The translations under genes were made by a program, and so were the position numbers. A stretch of 64,000 nt of DNA from Acidobacteriota bacterium. Lineage in GTDB: Bacteria > Acidobacteriota > Terriglobia > UBA7540. The stretch lies in NCBI GenBank assembly GCA_021828285.1, contig JAKASG010000001.1:27326-91325 (forward strand). The letters run 5' to 3'. Below are positions 10,611-18,695 of this stretch, piece after piece; the stretch's first letter is position 1; every line of letters begins with the position of its first letter. The notes under the pieces are model-generated. The model had not been told where the DNA came from. It saw nothing but the letters and a program-made list of their open reading frames with translations, and made no database searches.

Positions 10611-10832
10611 AACCTTATGCTCCTTGCCGCTTTCACGTACATGCCCATTATATACTGATGCGCGGGCGCTCGTCCGGGTATCGCGCGGCCGCTTGTTTCG
10701 ATGGGCGGCTATTCGTGCTCGCCTGGCGCCGACTTAAGTCGTGGCGCTCGAATTGCACGCTTGCTATATTCGTGTCCTGCCTGCGCGGGCGGGCAGATTT
10801 TTACGTGGTCTTTTTGCACAAAGGAGCGCTCG

Positions 10833-11096
10833 ATGGCTTACGTTATTGCTGAACCCTGCATCAATACGAAAGATACCGCTTGCGTGGACGTGTGTCCTGT
10901 CGATTGCATTCATCCTCGCAAGGATGAAGCGAACTTCGCCGACGTGGCGATGCTTTATATTGATCCCGCGGAGTGCATTGATTGCGGCGCCTGTGTTCCG
11001 GTCTGTCCTGTTTCCGCCATCTTCCCCGTGGATGACCTGCCGGAAAAGTGGAAGAGCTTTACGGAAACGAATGCCGCCTATTTCCCCGCGAAGTGA
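10833..11096 (+). CDS. ferredoxin, 7Fe-type ([3Fe-4S][4Fe-4S]) pattern
   Basis: MAYVIAEPCINTKDTACVDVCPVDCIH...CIDCGACVPVCP. The ATG at 10833 is preceded by AAGGAG at 10821-10826. The longer track ORF (from 10701) is an N-terminal over-extension. Confidence 0.85.
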   Translation: MAYVIAEPCINTKDTACVDVCPVDCIHPRKDEANFADVAMLYIDPAECIDCGACVPVCPVSAIFPVDDLPEKWKSFTETNAAYFPAK

Positions 11097-11126
11097 ATCG
11101 GCCACGGGAGCTTGCCTCGCGCCGGA

Positions 11127-11194
11127 GCCTTTCGGGCGGCGCTGCGATTCCGCCGTCAATTCATTCTCCGAAAGGGCGGCGTTTTGCCGTTTTA
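11127..11194 (+). terminator. candidate intrinsic terminator downstream of the ferredoxin gene
   Basis: GCCTTTCGG (11127-11135) pairs with CCGAAAGGGC (11168-11177), enclosing an inner CGGCG/CGCCG stem. It is followed by GTTTTGCCGTTTTATT. Confidence 0.4.
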
Positions 11195-11356
11195 TTCGAG
11201 CGCTGCCTGCTTTTCAACGCGGCCGAGCTCCTGCTCGCCCTCTGAGGAGCGAAACTGCGGAGCGATCCGGGCTGCTTTCCGCAGGTTGAGCCATGCCGAA
11301 AGACGTTTCGGGCGGCGTATGGCCGGTTTTTTTCGAGGATAATGTGGAGTTTTTGG

Positions 11357-11385
11357 TTGAATCTTCGAAAGAGGGCTCGTAGAAT
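11357..11385 (+). promoter_or_regulatory. sigma-70-like promoter (TTGAAT-N17-TAGAAT) directly in front of the lytic transglycosylase gene
   Basis: Hexamers at 11357-11362 and 11380-11385. The first ATG of the ORF is at 11394, only 8 nt past the -10 hexamer. Confidence 0.35.
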
Positions 11386-11393
11386 TTGGCCTA

Positions 11394-13310
11394 ATGCAAT
11401 TTCGACGCTCAACTAGGCACGCCGTCGGAAAATCCGGGGCTCTGACTTCGAAGCTCTCGCTCCTGACCATCCTTATTTCTGTTTTAGCGCTTCTGGCCAT
11501 GGCCGGCTGCTCCCACCGGACGACCCGGGTCTATGTTCCTCCGGCCCCGGCTGCAACGCCGCAACCGTCCCAGACGGCGACCCCGCAGCAGCCCTCGCAG
11601 CAGCCTGCAAGCGCCGCAGTGGCGAAGCCGGAGGCGAGTGATGCGATCGGCCAGCTCATCACCAAGGCCGATGCTTTTTACCAGGACGGGATGCAACAAT
11701 ATCAGGCGGGGAATCTCGCCCATGCCCGCACGGATTTCGACCAGGCCCTCGGTGTTTTGCTCGGATCGAAATATGATATCGAGGTGCACCGCCGTCTCGA
11801 CAACGAGTTTGAAAAGCTGGTTCAAAACACCTACAGCCTCGAAGTTGCAAGCCTCAATCAGGGGAATGTCCTGAGCGAGCGGCCTTACGCTCCGCCCCCC
11901 ATTCAATCCCTTCGCAACCTTACTTTCCGCGTGAATCCGGCCATTCGCGCGCGCGTCCGGAATGAAATGAAGACAGTTCACTCCGACATCCCTTTAGTTT
12001 CGAATGATGCTGTGGACGCCGTCATTTCCTATCTCCAGACCGGCGGCCGCGACTATATGACCAAAGTTCTCAGGCGGATCGGCAAGTATCGGCCGATGAT
12101 TTCCAGGATTTTGCGGCAACACGGCCTGCCCCAGGACCTGATTTACCTTCCCGCCATCGAAAGCGGGTTCAATCCTTTCGCCGTTTCGGACGCGCGATGC
12201 GTCGGCCTTTGGCAGTTTGCCCTCGGAACCGGCCGGCTTTACGGCCTGGAGCGCACCCGCTGGGTGGATGAACGCAGCGATCCGGTGATGGCCACCGAAG
12301 CCGCTGCCGCGTACCTCAAAAGCCTCTATCAGGAATTCGGGGATTGGTATCTGGCGCTCGCTGCTTACGATACCGGCGATCTGAACGTGCAGCGCGCGAT
12401 TGAACGCACCGGCTACGCCAACTATTGGAAATTGCGGTCGCTCCACGCCCTGCTGCCGGAAACCCAGAATTACGTTCCCATTTTTCTCGCTACCGCCATC
12501 ATCGCCAAGGACCCCCAAGCTTACGGCTTCGACGTTCAGCCCGACCCGCCACTCACGGAAGACCACGTCAAGATCGGCGCGACCACTGATTTGCGCCTCG
12601 TTGCGGAAATCATCGGCTCGACGCCCCAAGAGCTGCTCCAGCTCAATCCTTCGCTTCTGCGCTGGACGACTCCCGCCGACGATCCCAACTTCGTTCTCAA
12701 CCTTCCCAAAGGTACGGCGCAGAAATTCGAGCAAGGCATCGCCCTGATCCCGCGCCGCGACCGCATCTGGTGGCGCGTCCACACCGTCGCTCCTGGCGAA
12801 ACGCTCGCGAGCATCGCGCGAGCCAATCATCTTTCCGAGTCGGCGCTCGCCCGCTCGAACCACGTCGGGCACGGCGACCCGCTTACCGCTGGTGAAGAGG
12901 TCGTTCTGCCCTTTCCTCCCGGCCATTATTGGGCGCTCTCGCGCTGGGGCGGCGCGGGACTGCGCCGGCCTCTTTGGTATCGCATTCGTCCCGGCGACTC
13001 GCTCGGCTTGATTGCCGACCGCTTCAATCTGACCGTTTACCAGATTCGCCGCTGGAACGATCTCCACAGCACGCGCATCATCGCGGGCCATTTACTGCGC
13101 CTCTATACGCCTCTTCGCGACCCTGCGCGCGGCCACTACCAGCGCGTTCACCTGCGCCCCGGACTCCACTTCTATCGCGTCCGTGCGGGCGATAACCTCG
13201 ATGCCATCGCTGCGCGCTTCGGCGTCAAGGTTGCCGATCTTCGCAGATGGAACGATCTGCATAGCAACCTCATCGTCGCCGGCCACACCCTAAAAATTTA
13301 CGTCCGATAG
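11394..13310 (+). CDS. membrane-bound lytic murein transglycosylase with C-terminal LysM repeats (MltD-like lipoprotein)
   Basis: 638 aa with a lipobox-like LLAMAGCS, the SLT catalytic region AIESGFNPFAVSDARCVGLWQF, and at least three LysM-like repeats (HTVAPGETLASIA..., YRIRPGDSLGLIADRF..., YRVRAGDNLDAIAARF...). Confidence 0.85.
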   Translation: MQFRRSTRHAVGKSGALTSKLSLLTILISVLALLAMAGCSHRTTRVYVPPAPAATPQPSQTATPQQPSQQPASAAVAKPEASDAIGQLITKADAFYQDGMQQYQAGNLAHARTDFDQALGVLLGSKYDIEVHRRLDNEFEKLVQNTYSLEVASLNQGNVLSERPYAPPPIQSLRNLTFRVNPAIRARVRNEMKTVHSDIPLVSNDAVDAVISYLQTGGRDYMTKVLRRIGKYRPMISRILRQHGLPQDLIYLPAIESGFNPFAVSDARCVGLWQFALGTGRLYGLERTRWVDERSDPVMATEAAAAYLKSLYQEFGDWYLALAAYDTGDLNVQRAIERTGYANYWKLRSLHALLPETQNYVPIFLATAIIAKDPQAYGFDVQPDPPLTEDHVKIGATTDLRLVAEIIGSTPQELLQLNPSLLRWTTPADDPNFVLNLPKGTAQKFEQGIALIPRRDRIWWRVHTVAPGETLASIARANHLSESALARSNHVGHGDPLTAGEEVVLPFPPGHYWALSRWGGAGLRRPLWYRIRPGDSLGLIADRFNLTVYQIRRWNDLHSTRIIAGHLLRLYTPLRDPARGHYQRVHLRPGLHFYRVRAGDNLDAIAARFGVKVADLRRWNDLHSNLIVAGHTLKIYVR

Positions 13311-13330
13311 TCGGGCATGCACCATCCCTC

Positions 13331-13359
13331 TTGACAGGACATGATTTGTGGTTTACATC
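13331..13359 (+). promoter_or_regulatory. sigma-70-like promoter (TTGACA-N17-TACATC)
   Basis: Hexamers at 13331-13336 and 13354-13359, about 90 nt upstream of the ATG at 13451. Confidence 0.4.
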
Positions 13360-13450
13360 TGCCCCACAGGGCTGGCGGAGCGGGAATCGCGAATCGAGCG
13401 TGGCCAGCCGCTGAACATTGACGACGGGGTTTTTCCCCGGAGGAGGAGTT

Positions 13451-13801
13451 ATGTCGTTTGATGATGAAAGGGAGCCCGGTGACGAGATGGAGGATATGGG
13501 TGACGAACTCTCCTCCGACTACGAGGAAGAAGAAGGCGGCGTGAGCGAAGAGAGCGAAGGCCTGGAAGAGGAGATTTCATACGAATCGGAAGAGACGCAA
13601 GTGATCGCGCCACTGGCGCCGGCTCCGGCCGCGACGCCGGCTCCCACGGCTCGCAAAGCGCCTTCGAAGGCGCGGACTCGGACGGCGAAAGCGAAGCCGA
13701 AAAAGCCCGCGAAGAAAGCCATGAAGCCTCGCGCCAAGGCCGCAAAAAAAGCAAAGGCGAAGCCCAAGCGCCGCCCCAAAGCGCGCGGCCGGCGACGCTG
13801 A
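13451..13801 (+). CDS. bipolar low-complexity protein: acidic N-terminal half and Lys/Ala/Pro-rich histone-H1-like basic C-terminal half
   Basis: MSFDDEREPGDEMEDMGDELSSDYEEEEGGVSEESEGLEEEISYESEE...TARKAPSKARTRTAKAKPKKPAKKAMKPRAKAAKKAKAKPKRRPKARGRRR. The ATG at 13451 is preceded by GGAGGAGGAG. Confidence 0.6.
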   Translation: MSFDDEREPGDEMEDMGDELSSDYEEEEGGVSEESEGLEEEISYESEETQVIAPLAPAPAATPAPTARKAPSKARTRTAKAKPKKPAKKAMKPRAKAAKKAKAKPKRRPKARGRRR

Positions 13802-13877
13802 ACATCCCGGCCGGATGGCGCGGCCGGGAATCAGCCATTCGCGTCAAAGGCGTGAGACTTCCCGCCGTGAGTGAGCC

Positions 13878-14780
13878 TTGATGGCCCGAGCCGGGATTGA
13901 CACCTCTCGAAACAGGCGGGCGAGCGCGGCCAAAACCGGAGATGGGTCCGCCCCCGCGCCCTCGAGTGAAGTTAGGCGCGTCGTCGCCGTCGAATACGTC
14001 CGCCGGATGCGTGGCGCTTCCCAACCCTTCCTGCTGCGTTGCGACGACGGCGGACTTTACGTCGTCAAGTTTCGCAACAATCCTCAGCACGTCCGCATTC
14101 TCGCGAACGAGCTGCTCGCGGCCTCGCTTGCGCGCCTCATCGGCTTGCCTGCGCCCTTGCCGGCGATTGTGGAGGTGCCCGCAGAGATGCTCGAAAAGAG
14201 CGCAAAACTTGAGTTCCAAATCGGCTCGCGCAATGAGCCGTGCCTGCCCGGCGCCCAGTTCGGCTCGCGGTATCCGGCGGGGTCGGAAGCGCTGCGGGTG
14301 GTAGATTTTCTGCCCGACCGCCTGCTGCGCCGAGTGCCTTCGGTGGAATCGCTCTTTATCGGCGCTTACGTTTTTGATAAATGGACTTGCAATTGCGACG
14401 GCCGGCAGGTGATCTTTTTCCGTTCGGACGAGCGTGAAGACCGCGCCTATTCCGCGGCGCTCATTGACCATGGCTTCTGCTTCAACGACGGCGAATGGAA
14501 TTTTCCCGACAGCCCCATTCGCAGCTTTTACCCGCGCCGGATTGTGTATGAGTCCGTCCGCGGCCTGCGGTCCTTTGAACCCTACCTCTCGCGCGTCGAA
14601 AATCTCGAAGCGCGTGAGATCAAGGAGTGCGTCGAAGCCATTCCCGGCGAATGGTGCGGCGACGCGCCCGATGAAGCGGCGCACCTCGGCGAACGCCTTG
14701 TCGAGCGCCGCCGGCGCCTGCGCCAGATGATCATTGAGGCGAGAGACAGCGCCCTTCGCCCGTTCCCCAATTGGGAATGA
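13878..14780 (+). CDS. HipA-like Ser/Thr-kinase-fold protein (the start codon is uncertain)
   Basis: 300 aa with GASQPFLLRCDDGGLYVVKFRNNPQ..RILANELLAASLARLIGLP at the N-terminus, a catalytic-loop-like FDKWTCNCDGRQVIF, and a DxG-like AALIDHGFCF. The call rests on pattern similarity to HipA-C-like kinases, judged by eye. Confidence 0.55.
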   Translation: MMARAGIDTSRNRRASAAKTGDGSAPAPSSEVRRVVAVEYVRRMRGASQPFLLRCDDGGLYVVKFRNNPQHVRILANELLAASLARLIGLPAPLPAIVEVPAEMLEKSAKLEFQIGSRNEPCLPGAQFGSRYPAGSEALRVVDFLPDRLLRRVPSVESLFIGAYVFDKWTCNCDGRQVIFFRSDEREDRAYSAALIDHGFCFNDGEWNFPDSPIRSFYPRRIVYESVRGLRSFEPYLSRVENLEAREIKECVEAIPGEWCGDAPDEAAHLGERLVERRRRLRQMIIEARDSALRPFPNWE

Positions 14781-14827
14781 GCGCCGGGCTGCACTTGGGA
14801 GCGCATTCGAAGACGGTTTGAACGCTC

Positions 14828-15643
14828 ATGCCCGCGAAGCCTGATTTGAAAGAATGTTCGCTTTACGTCGTACACTACGTTCCGGACCTGGTGCGCGGCG
14901 AATCCTTGAATATCGGCCTGCTCTTGCACAGCCCGGAGCAGCAATATCTCGGCTGCCTGTTTTCCGACGATTTTCGCCGCATCAAGCGGCTCGATCCTCA
15001 CGCCGACCTCGAGCTTTTGCGCGAGCTTCAACAGGATTTTGAGCAGCAGATTGATCTGCACGCCGCGAATCTCGATGAGTACGTTCGGGAGATGCGCGAG
15101 ACGCTTTCGAATCTCATTCAGCTTGATGCTCCACGCGTCTGCTATTTGCGCGACCCGCAGACCGAGCTGGCGAACCTCTTCGAGCGTTACGTGGGGGCGC
15201 GGCTTGGGGGTCCTCCGCCCGAAGATACTCGCCCTCGCATCAAGCAGCGGCTGACGACGGCGCTCGTTCAGGCGGGCGTCTGGGAACGGCTTGAAAAGCG
15301 GATTCCTGCCGGGCGGTGGACCCATCCGGGCGATCCCTTTGCCTTCGATTACGGCTATCGTCCCGTGGCCATCGGCGGCGCGCCGAACGGCCACATCAAG
15401 CTGATTCACGCGCTTTCCCTCAAGCGGGACGCGGACCTCGCGAAAGTGCTCGTTTACACGCTCGACCACGTTCGGCGCAGTGAGCGGGCGGAATTGACGG
15501 CCGTTGTCGAGCGCGCACCCTCGGCGCAGGATGACCCCGGCGCGGTTTCCAAGCGCATTCTCGCCGAAGGCGGCATCACGATTTGTCCGCTCGCTCAGGT
15601 GGGCGAGTTTGCCGCATCCATACGCCACGAACTCGTAATGTAA
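14828..15643 (+). CDS. DUF3037 domain protein
   Basis: 271 aa. The N-terminus CSLYVVHYVPDLVRGESLNIGLLLHSP matches the characteristic DUF3037 opening (Y..RYvPd..RgE..NvGvvl). Confidence 0.65.
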   Translation: MPAKPDLKECSLYVVHYVPDLVRGESLNIGLLLHSPEQQYLGCLFSDDFRRIKRLDPHADLELLRELQQDFEQQIDLHAANLDEYVREMRETLSNLIQLDAPRVCYLRDPQTELANLFERYVGARLGGPPPEDTRPRIKQRLTTALVQAGVWERLEKRIPAGRWTHPGDPFAFDYGYRPVAIGGAPNGHIKLIHALSLKRDADLAKVLVYTLDHVRRSERAELTAVVERAPSAQDDPGAVSKRILAEGGITICPLAQVGEFAASIRHELVM

Positions 15644-15683
15644 GCCGGCTCGCTTGCGCTGAGCCTTTTCGAGTCAATGCCGC

Positions 15684-15713
15684 TTGGAATAATACATCGC
15701 AGTATGATACAAT
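15684..15713 (+). promoter_or_regulatory. sigma-70-like promoter with an extended -10 (TTGGAA-N18-TGATACAAT) in an AT-rich island
   Basis: TTGGAA at 15684-15689 and TACAAT at 15708-15713, preceded by TGA. It is followed by a GCGCC/GGCGC hairpin and the marR-like ATG at 15765. Confidence 0.4.
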
Positions 15714-15764
15714 GACTTTCGTCGGGACAGCGCCTGGAAGGCGCCGCACCCCAGGGGCGGGCAA

Positions 15765-16265
15765 ATGGGCAATAGCAAAAATACGGTTGCGGGCTGGAAG
15801 GATTCCCTTCGGGGGGTCGAGGCCGCCGTAGCAGGGTTCAAACCGACGGCGTCCGCCGCGCTCACAAGGCGGCAGGCCTGGTTTCGCTATCAGCTTCGCC
15901 AATTTCTCCATTTCAGCGAGAAAGCCGCGCGGGCCGCAGGATTGACGCGGCAGCAGCACCAGCTCCTGCTTGGCGTTGCCGGCTTTACGGACCGCGGCTG
16001 GGCGACCATTTCAGAACTCGCGGAATTCCTTCAGGAACGTCACAACGCGGTGGTCGGCCTTGTACAGCGGGCGGCGCGCCGCGGATGGATCAGGAAGCGC
16101 GAGATCGCACGCGACCGGCGACTGGTGCGCGTCGAATTGACGCCGAAAGGCAGGACGATCCTGGCGAGGCTCACCCGGCTCCATCGCGACGAACTTGTAA
16201 GGTTCGAGGCGCGCCTCGCCGATTTCACCGCCGGGCGTGACAGCAAAATCAAAGAAGCCAATTGA
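15765..16265 (+). CDS. MarR-family transcriptional regulator
   Basis: 166 aa with a winged-HTH region LTRQQHQLLLGVAG...ISELAEFLQERHNAVVGLVQRAARRGWIRKREIARDRRLVRVELTPKG. Confidence 0.8.
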   Translation: MGNSKNTVAGWKDSLRGVEAAVAGFKPTASAALTRRQAWFRYQLRQFLHFSEKAARAAGLTRQQHQLLLGVAGFTDRGWATISELAEFLQERHNAVVGLVQRAARRGWIRKREIARDRRLVRVELTPKGRTILARLTRLHRDELVRFEARLADFTAGRDSKIKEAN

Positions 16266-16268
16266 CCA

Positions 16269-17675
16269 TTGATCTGGTTCCGAATGAGCCGACCCCCGAA
16301 AGCCGGTTTATTGGATCATCCTCAAGTCCGCAAGTATGCGCGCTTGTTTCGGCGCGATTTCTCGAAAGCTTATTCTCGGGATCTCTTAAAGTGGCTCATC
16401 ATCGGACCGATGATCGGAATCGCCACGGGTGTCGTCACAACGTTGCTCGTCGAGATTATCCTCGTGTGGCTTTGGCCACGCTTGCTCCGGTGGGATTTGG
16501 CGCACGTCGCATGGATCATTCCATTGACAACCCTCGGGTTCGTCATCGCCGGGGTTCTCATGCAGCGCTTCACACCCGACCCCAACGAGCACTCGACCGA
16601 AGAGATCATCCGCTCCTATCACGAACGCTCGGGCAAGGTGGAAATGAAGCCCTACGTGCCGAAGCTTCTCGCGGCGATCGCGACCGTGGGTTTCGGCGGC
16701 AGCGCGGCGCTCGAAGGCCCGAGCATCTATGGAGGCGGCGCACTCGGCTCGTGGCTCTGGACGCGGCTGCGGCGGCTTCGCCTGGATGCCCGCGACCGGC
16801 GAATCATGCTCATCAGCGGCGCGGCCGCCGGCATGGGAGCAGTGTTCCGCGCGCCGCTCACAGGGCTCGTCTTCGCGCTCGAAATGCCTTATAAGGATGA
16901 CTTGGCGCATGAAGCGCTCCTGCCCTCTTTGATCGCCTCCGTCATCTCATACGCCACGCTGGTTTCTTTCGTGGGCCCGAAGCCGCTCTTTTACTTCACC
17001 GGCGTGCACGCCTTTTCCCGGAGCGACTTGCTCTGGTCCGCGCTGCTCGGTCTGCTGATCGGCCTCGGAGTCATGCTCTTCGATTTGACGTATCGGCGTA
17101 TTCGATTATGGGCGATCCGGATCGCGAAGCCTCACTGGATCAAAATGGCCGTGGGAGGAGCGCTAACGGGCCTGTGCGGGGTGATTTTCATTTGGCTGTT
17201 TCCCGGGCAGCTTGTCCCCCTTGGACCGAATTATGAAGCGGCTCCCCTCATTCTCACGCAACATCACAGCACTGCCGAGCTTCTGGTTTTCGGATTTCTG
17301 AAACTGGCCGCAACGATCTTTTCGCTAGGGGTTGGAGGCGTGAGCGCGATGTTCGTGCCTCTTTATATCACCGGCGGAAGTTTCGGCGTAGCCTTCGCCC
17401 AGGCAGTCGTCCACAGCCCGACGATTGATTTGTTCGCGGCGGTCGGAATGGCTTCGTTCATCGCCGCGGGGTATAAAACGCCGCTCGCGGCGGTCATTTT
17501 TGTGGCGGAAGCGGCAGGCGGCCATACCTACATCATTCCCACATTGATTGGCGCCGCAGTCGCCTACGCGGTGTCGGGTGAGGCTTCCGTCTCGGGCGAT
17601 CAGCGCCTGCAGGAACGCGGCGAACCCGTCGAGCGGCCCGTACAAAGCGGAGACTTGATCCAATCCGAAGGGTAG
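16269..17675 (+). CDS. ClC-family chloride channel / H+-Cl- antiporter
   Basis: 468-aa polytopic protein with GFGGSAALEGPS (GxEGP-like selectivity/gating region) and GGVSAMFVPLY (GxFxP). It is almost contiguous with the marR-like gene. Confidence 0.85.
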   Translation: MIWFRMSRPPKAGLLDHPQVRKYARLFRRDFSKAYSRDLLKWLIIGPMIGIATGVVTTLLVEIILVWLWPRLLRWDLAHVAWIIPLTTLGFVIAGVLMQRFTPDPNEHSTEEIIRSYHERSGKVEMKPYVPKLLAAIATVGFGGSAALEGPSIYGGGALGSWLWTRLRRLRLDARDRRIMLISGAAAGMGAVFRAPLTGLVFALEMPYKDDLAHEALLPSLIASVISYATLVSFVGPKPLFYFTGVHAFSRSDLLWSALLGLLIGLGVMLFDLTYRRIRLWAIRIAKPHWIKMAVGGALTGLCGVIFIWLFPGQLVPLGPNYEAAPLILTQHHSTAELLVFGFLKLAATIFSLGVGGVSAMFVPLYITGGSFGVAFAQAVVHSPTIDLFAAVGMASFIAAGYKTPLAAVIFVAEAAGGHTYIIPTLIGAAVAYAVSGEASVSGDQRLQERGEPVERPVQSGDLIQSEG

Positions 17676-17794
17676 CGCCTCCGCCGATTCACCCTTTGGG
17701 AAACGGGAGTGAGGTCCAGGAAGCGAAAGCAGGAGGAAGGATGCGGCGGCCGGTCTTTCAAGATGCAACGGTCGCCGCACCCGGACGCCGCGGG

Positions 17795-18436
17795 TTATCT
17801 GACTTCGCGGTAGCTTTCGGCGCCAGCGCCGCAGTCAGGGCACTCAGCTTCGGAAGTCTCCGAAGTGTACCCGCAGACGGTGCAGACGTAGTACGTCACC
17901 TTCGAGTCGCGCAAGGAATTGAGATTCACCATCGCGTCGTGGAAGAGGACGAAAAGTTGCGCATCGCCTTCCTTCGCGAACTTGAATTCCTTGACGGCAT
18001 CCGGAATTTGTTCCTTTTCCGCCTGCTTGATGAACTTCGGGTAAAGGATATCCCGGGTGTAAGCGGCATCGAGGTTGGCCGCCGCCTCGAGATTCCGATA
18101 GGTGCTTCGCACGCGCGCCTGTTTCGTGATTCCGGCCTGGACTTTGCCGCCTAAAGCGCCAATCACGCGTTTATAGGCTTTTGCATGCACTTCTTCAGAA
18201 AGGGCGGCGGCCCGGAACAGGCTGGCCGCGCCGGTGTATCCTTCTTTATCCGCCTGCTGAGCGTAGGCCGTGAACGCGGCCCGGTTGTTATTTGTCTCAA
18301 CATAGGCGCGTTGCAAATCCCGCAGGGTCTTGCCTGATTGACCCTGGGAGGCGAGCGAAGCCGCTCCGGTTGCCAGAATTGCTCCGGCAAGAAGGAGAAC
18401 GCTCGGAATCCCAAGACGATTGAAATGCGCTTTCAT
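17795..18436 (-). CDS. rubrerythrin-like protein with an N-terminal signal-peptide-like segment and a C-terminal rubredoxin-type CxxC..CxxC knuckle
   Basis: 213 aa with MKAHFNRLGIPSVLLLAGAILATGAASLASQ, a ferritin-like E...EEVH half-site, and C-terminal YYVCTVCGY...CPDCGA. Confidence 0.7.
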   Translation of the reverse strand: MKAHFNRLGIPSVLLLAGAILATGAASLASQGQSGKTLRDLQRAYVETNNNRAAFTAYAQQADKEGYTGAASLFRAAALSEEVHAKAYKRVIGALGGKVQAGITKQARVRSTYRNLEAAANLDAAYTRDILYPKFIKQAEKEQIPDAVKEFKFAKEGDAQLFVLFHDAMVNLNSLRDSKVTYYVCTVCGYTSETSEAECPDCGAGAESYREVR

Positions 18437-18695
18437 TTGTACGCCTCCTTTTCCTCCCCTCGGGGAGGACCAGCGGACGTACCGCGTGCTTCCGGATTGC
18501 AGCCACGCCGCTCCACATCTATACTTCGCCCCAACGGGTTGGCGCGCTGTGATGGCGAAACCTGCGGATTGTGATTTGGGTCACACGCCGGGCGATCAGA
18601 TTGGAAGAGGCGGCATGACGGCGCGAGGGAAAAGATCAAACCCGCAGAGCCGGGTTCCGCTTGCGCACTGCCGGGCGTACAGATAACAATAGGAA

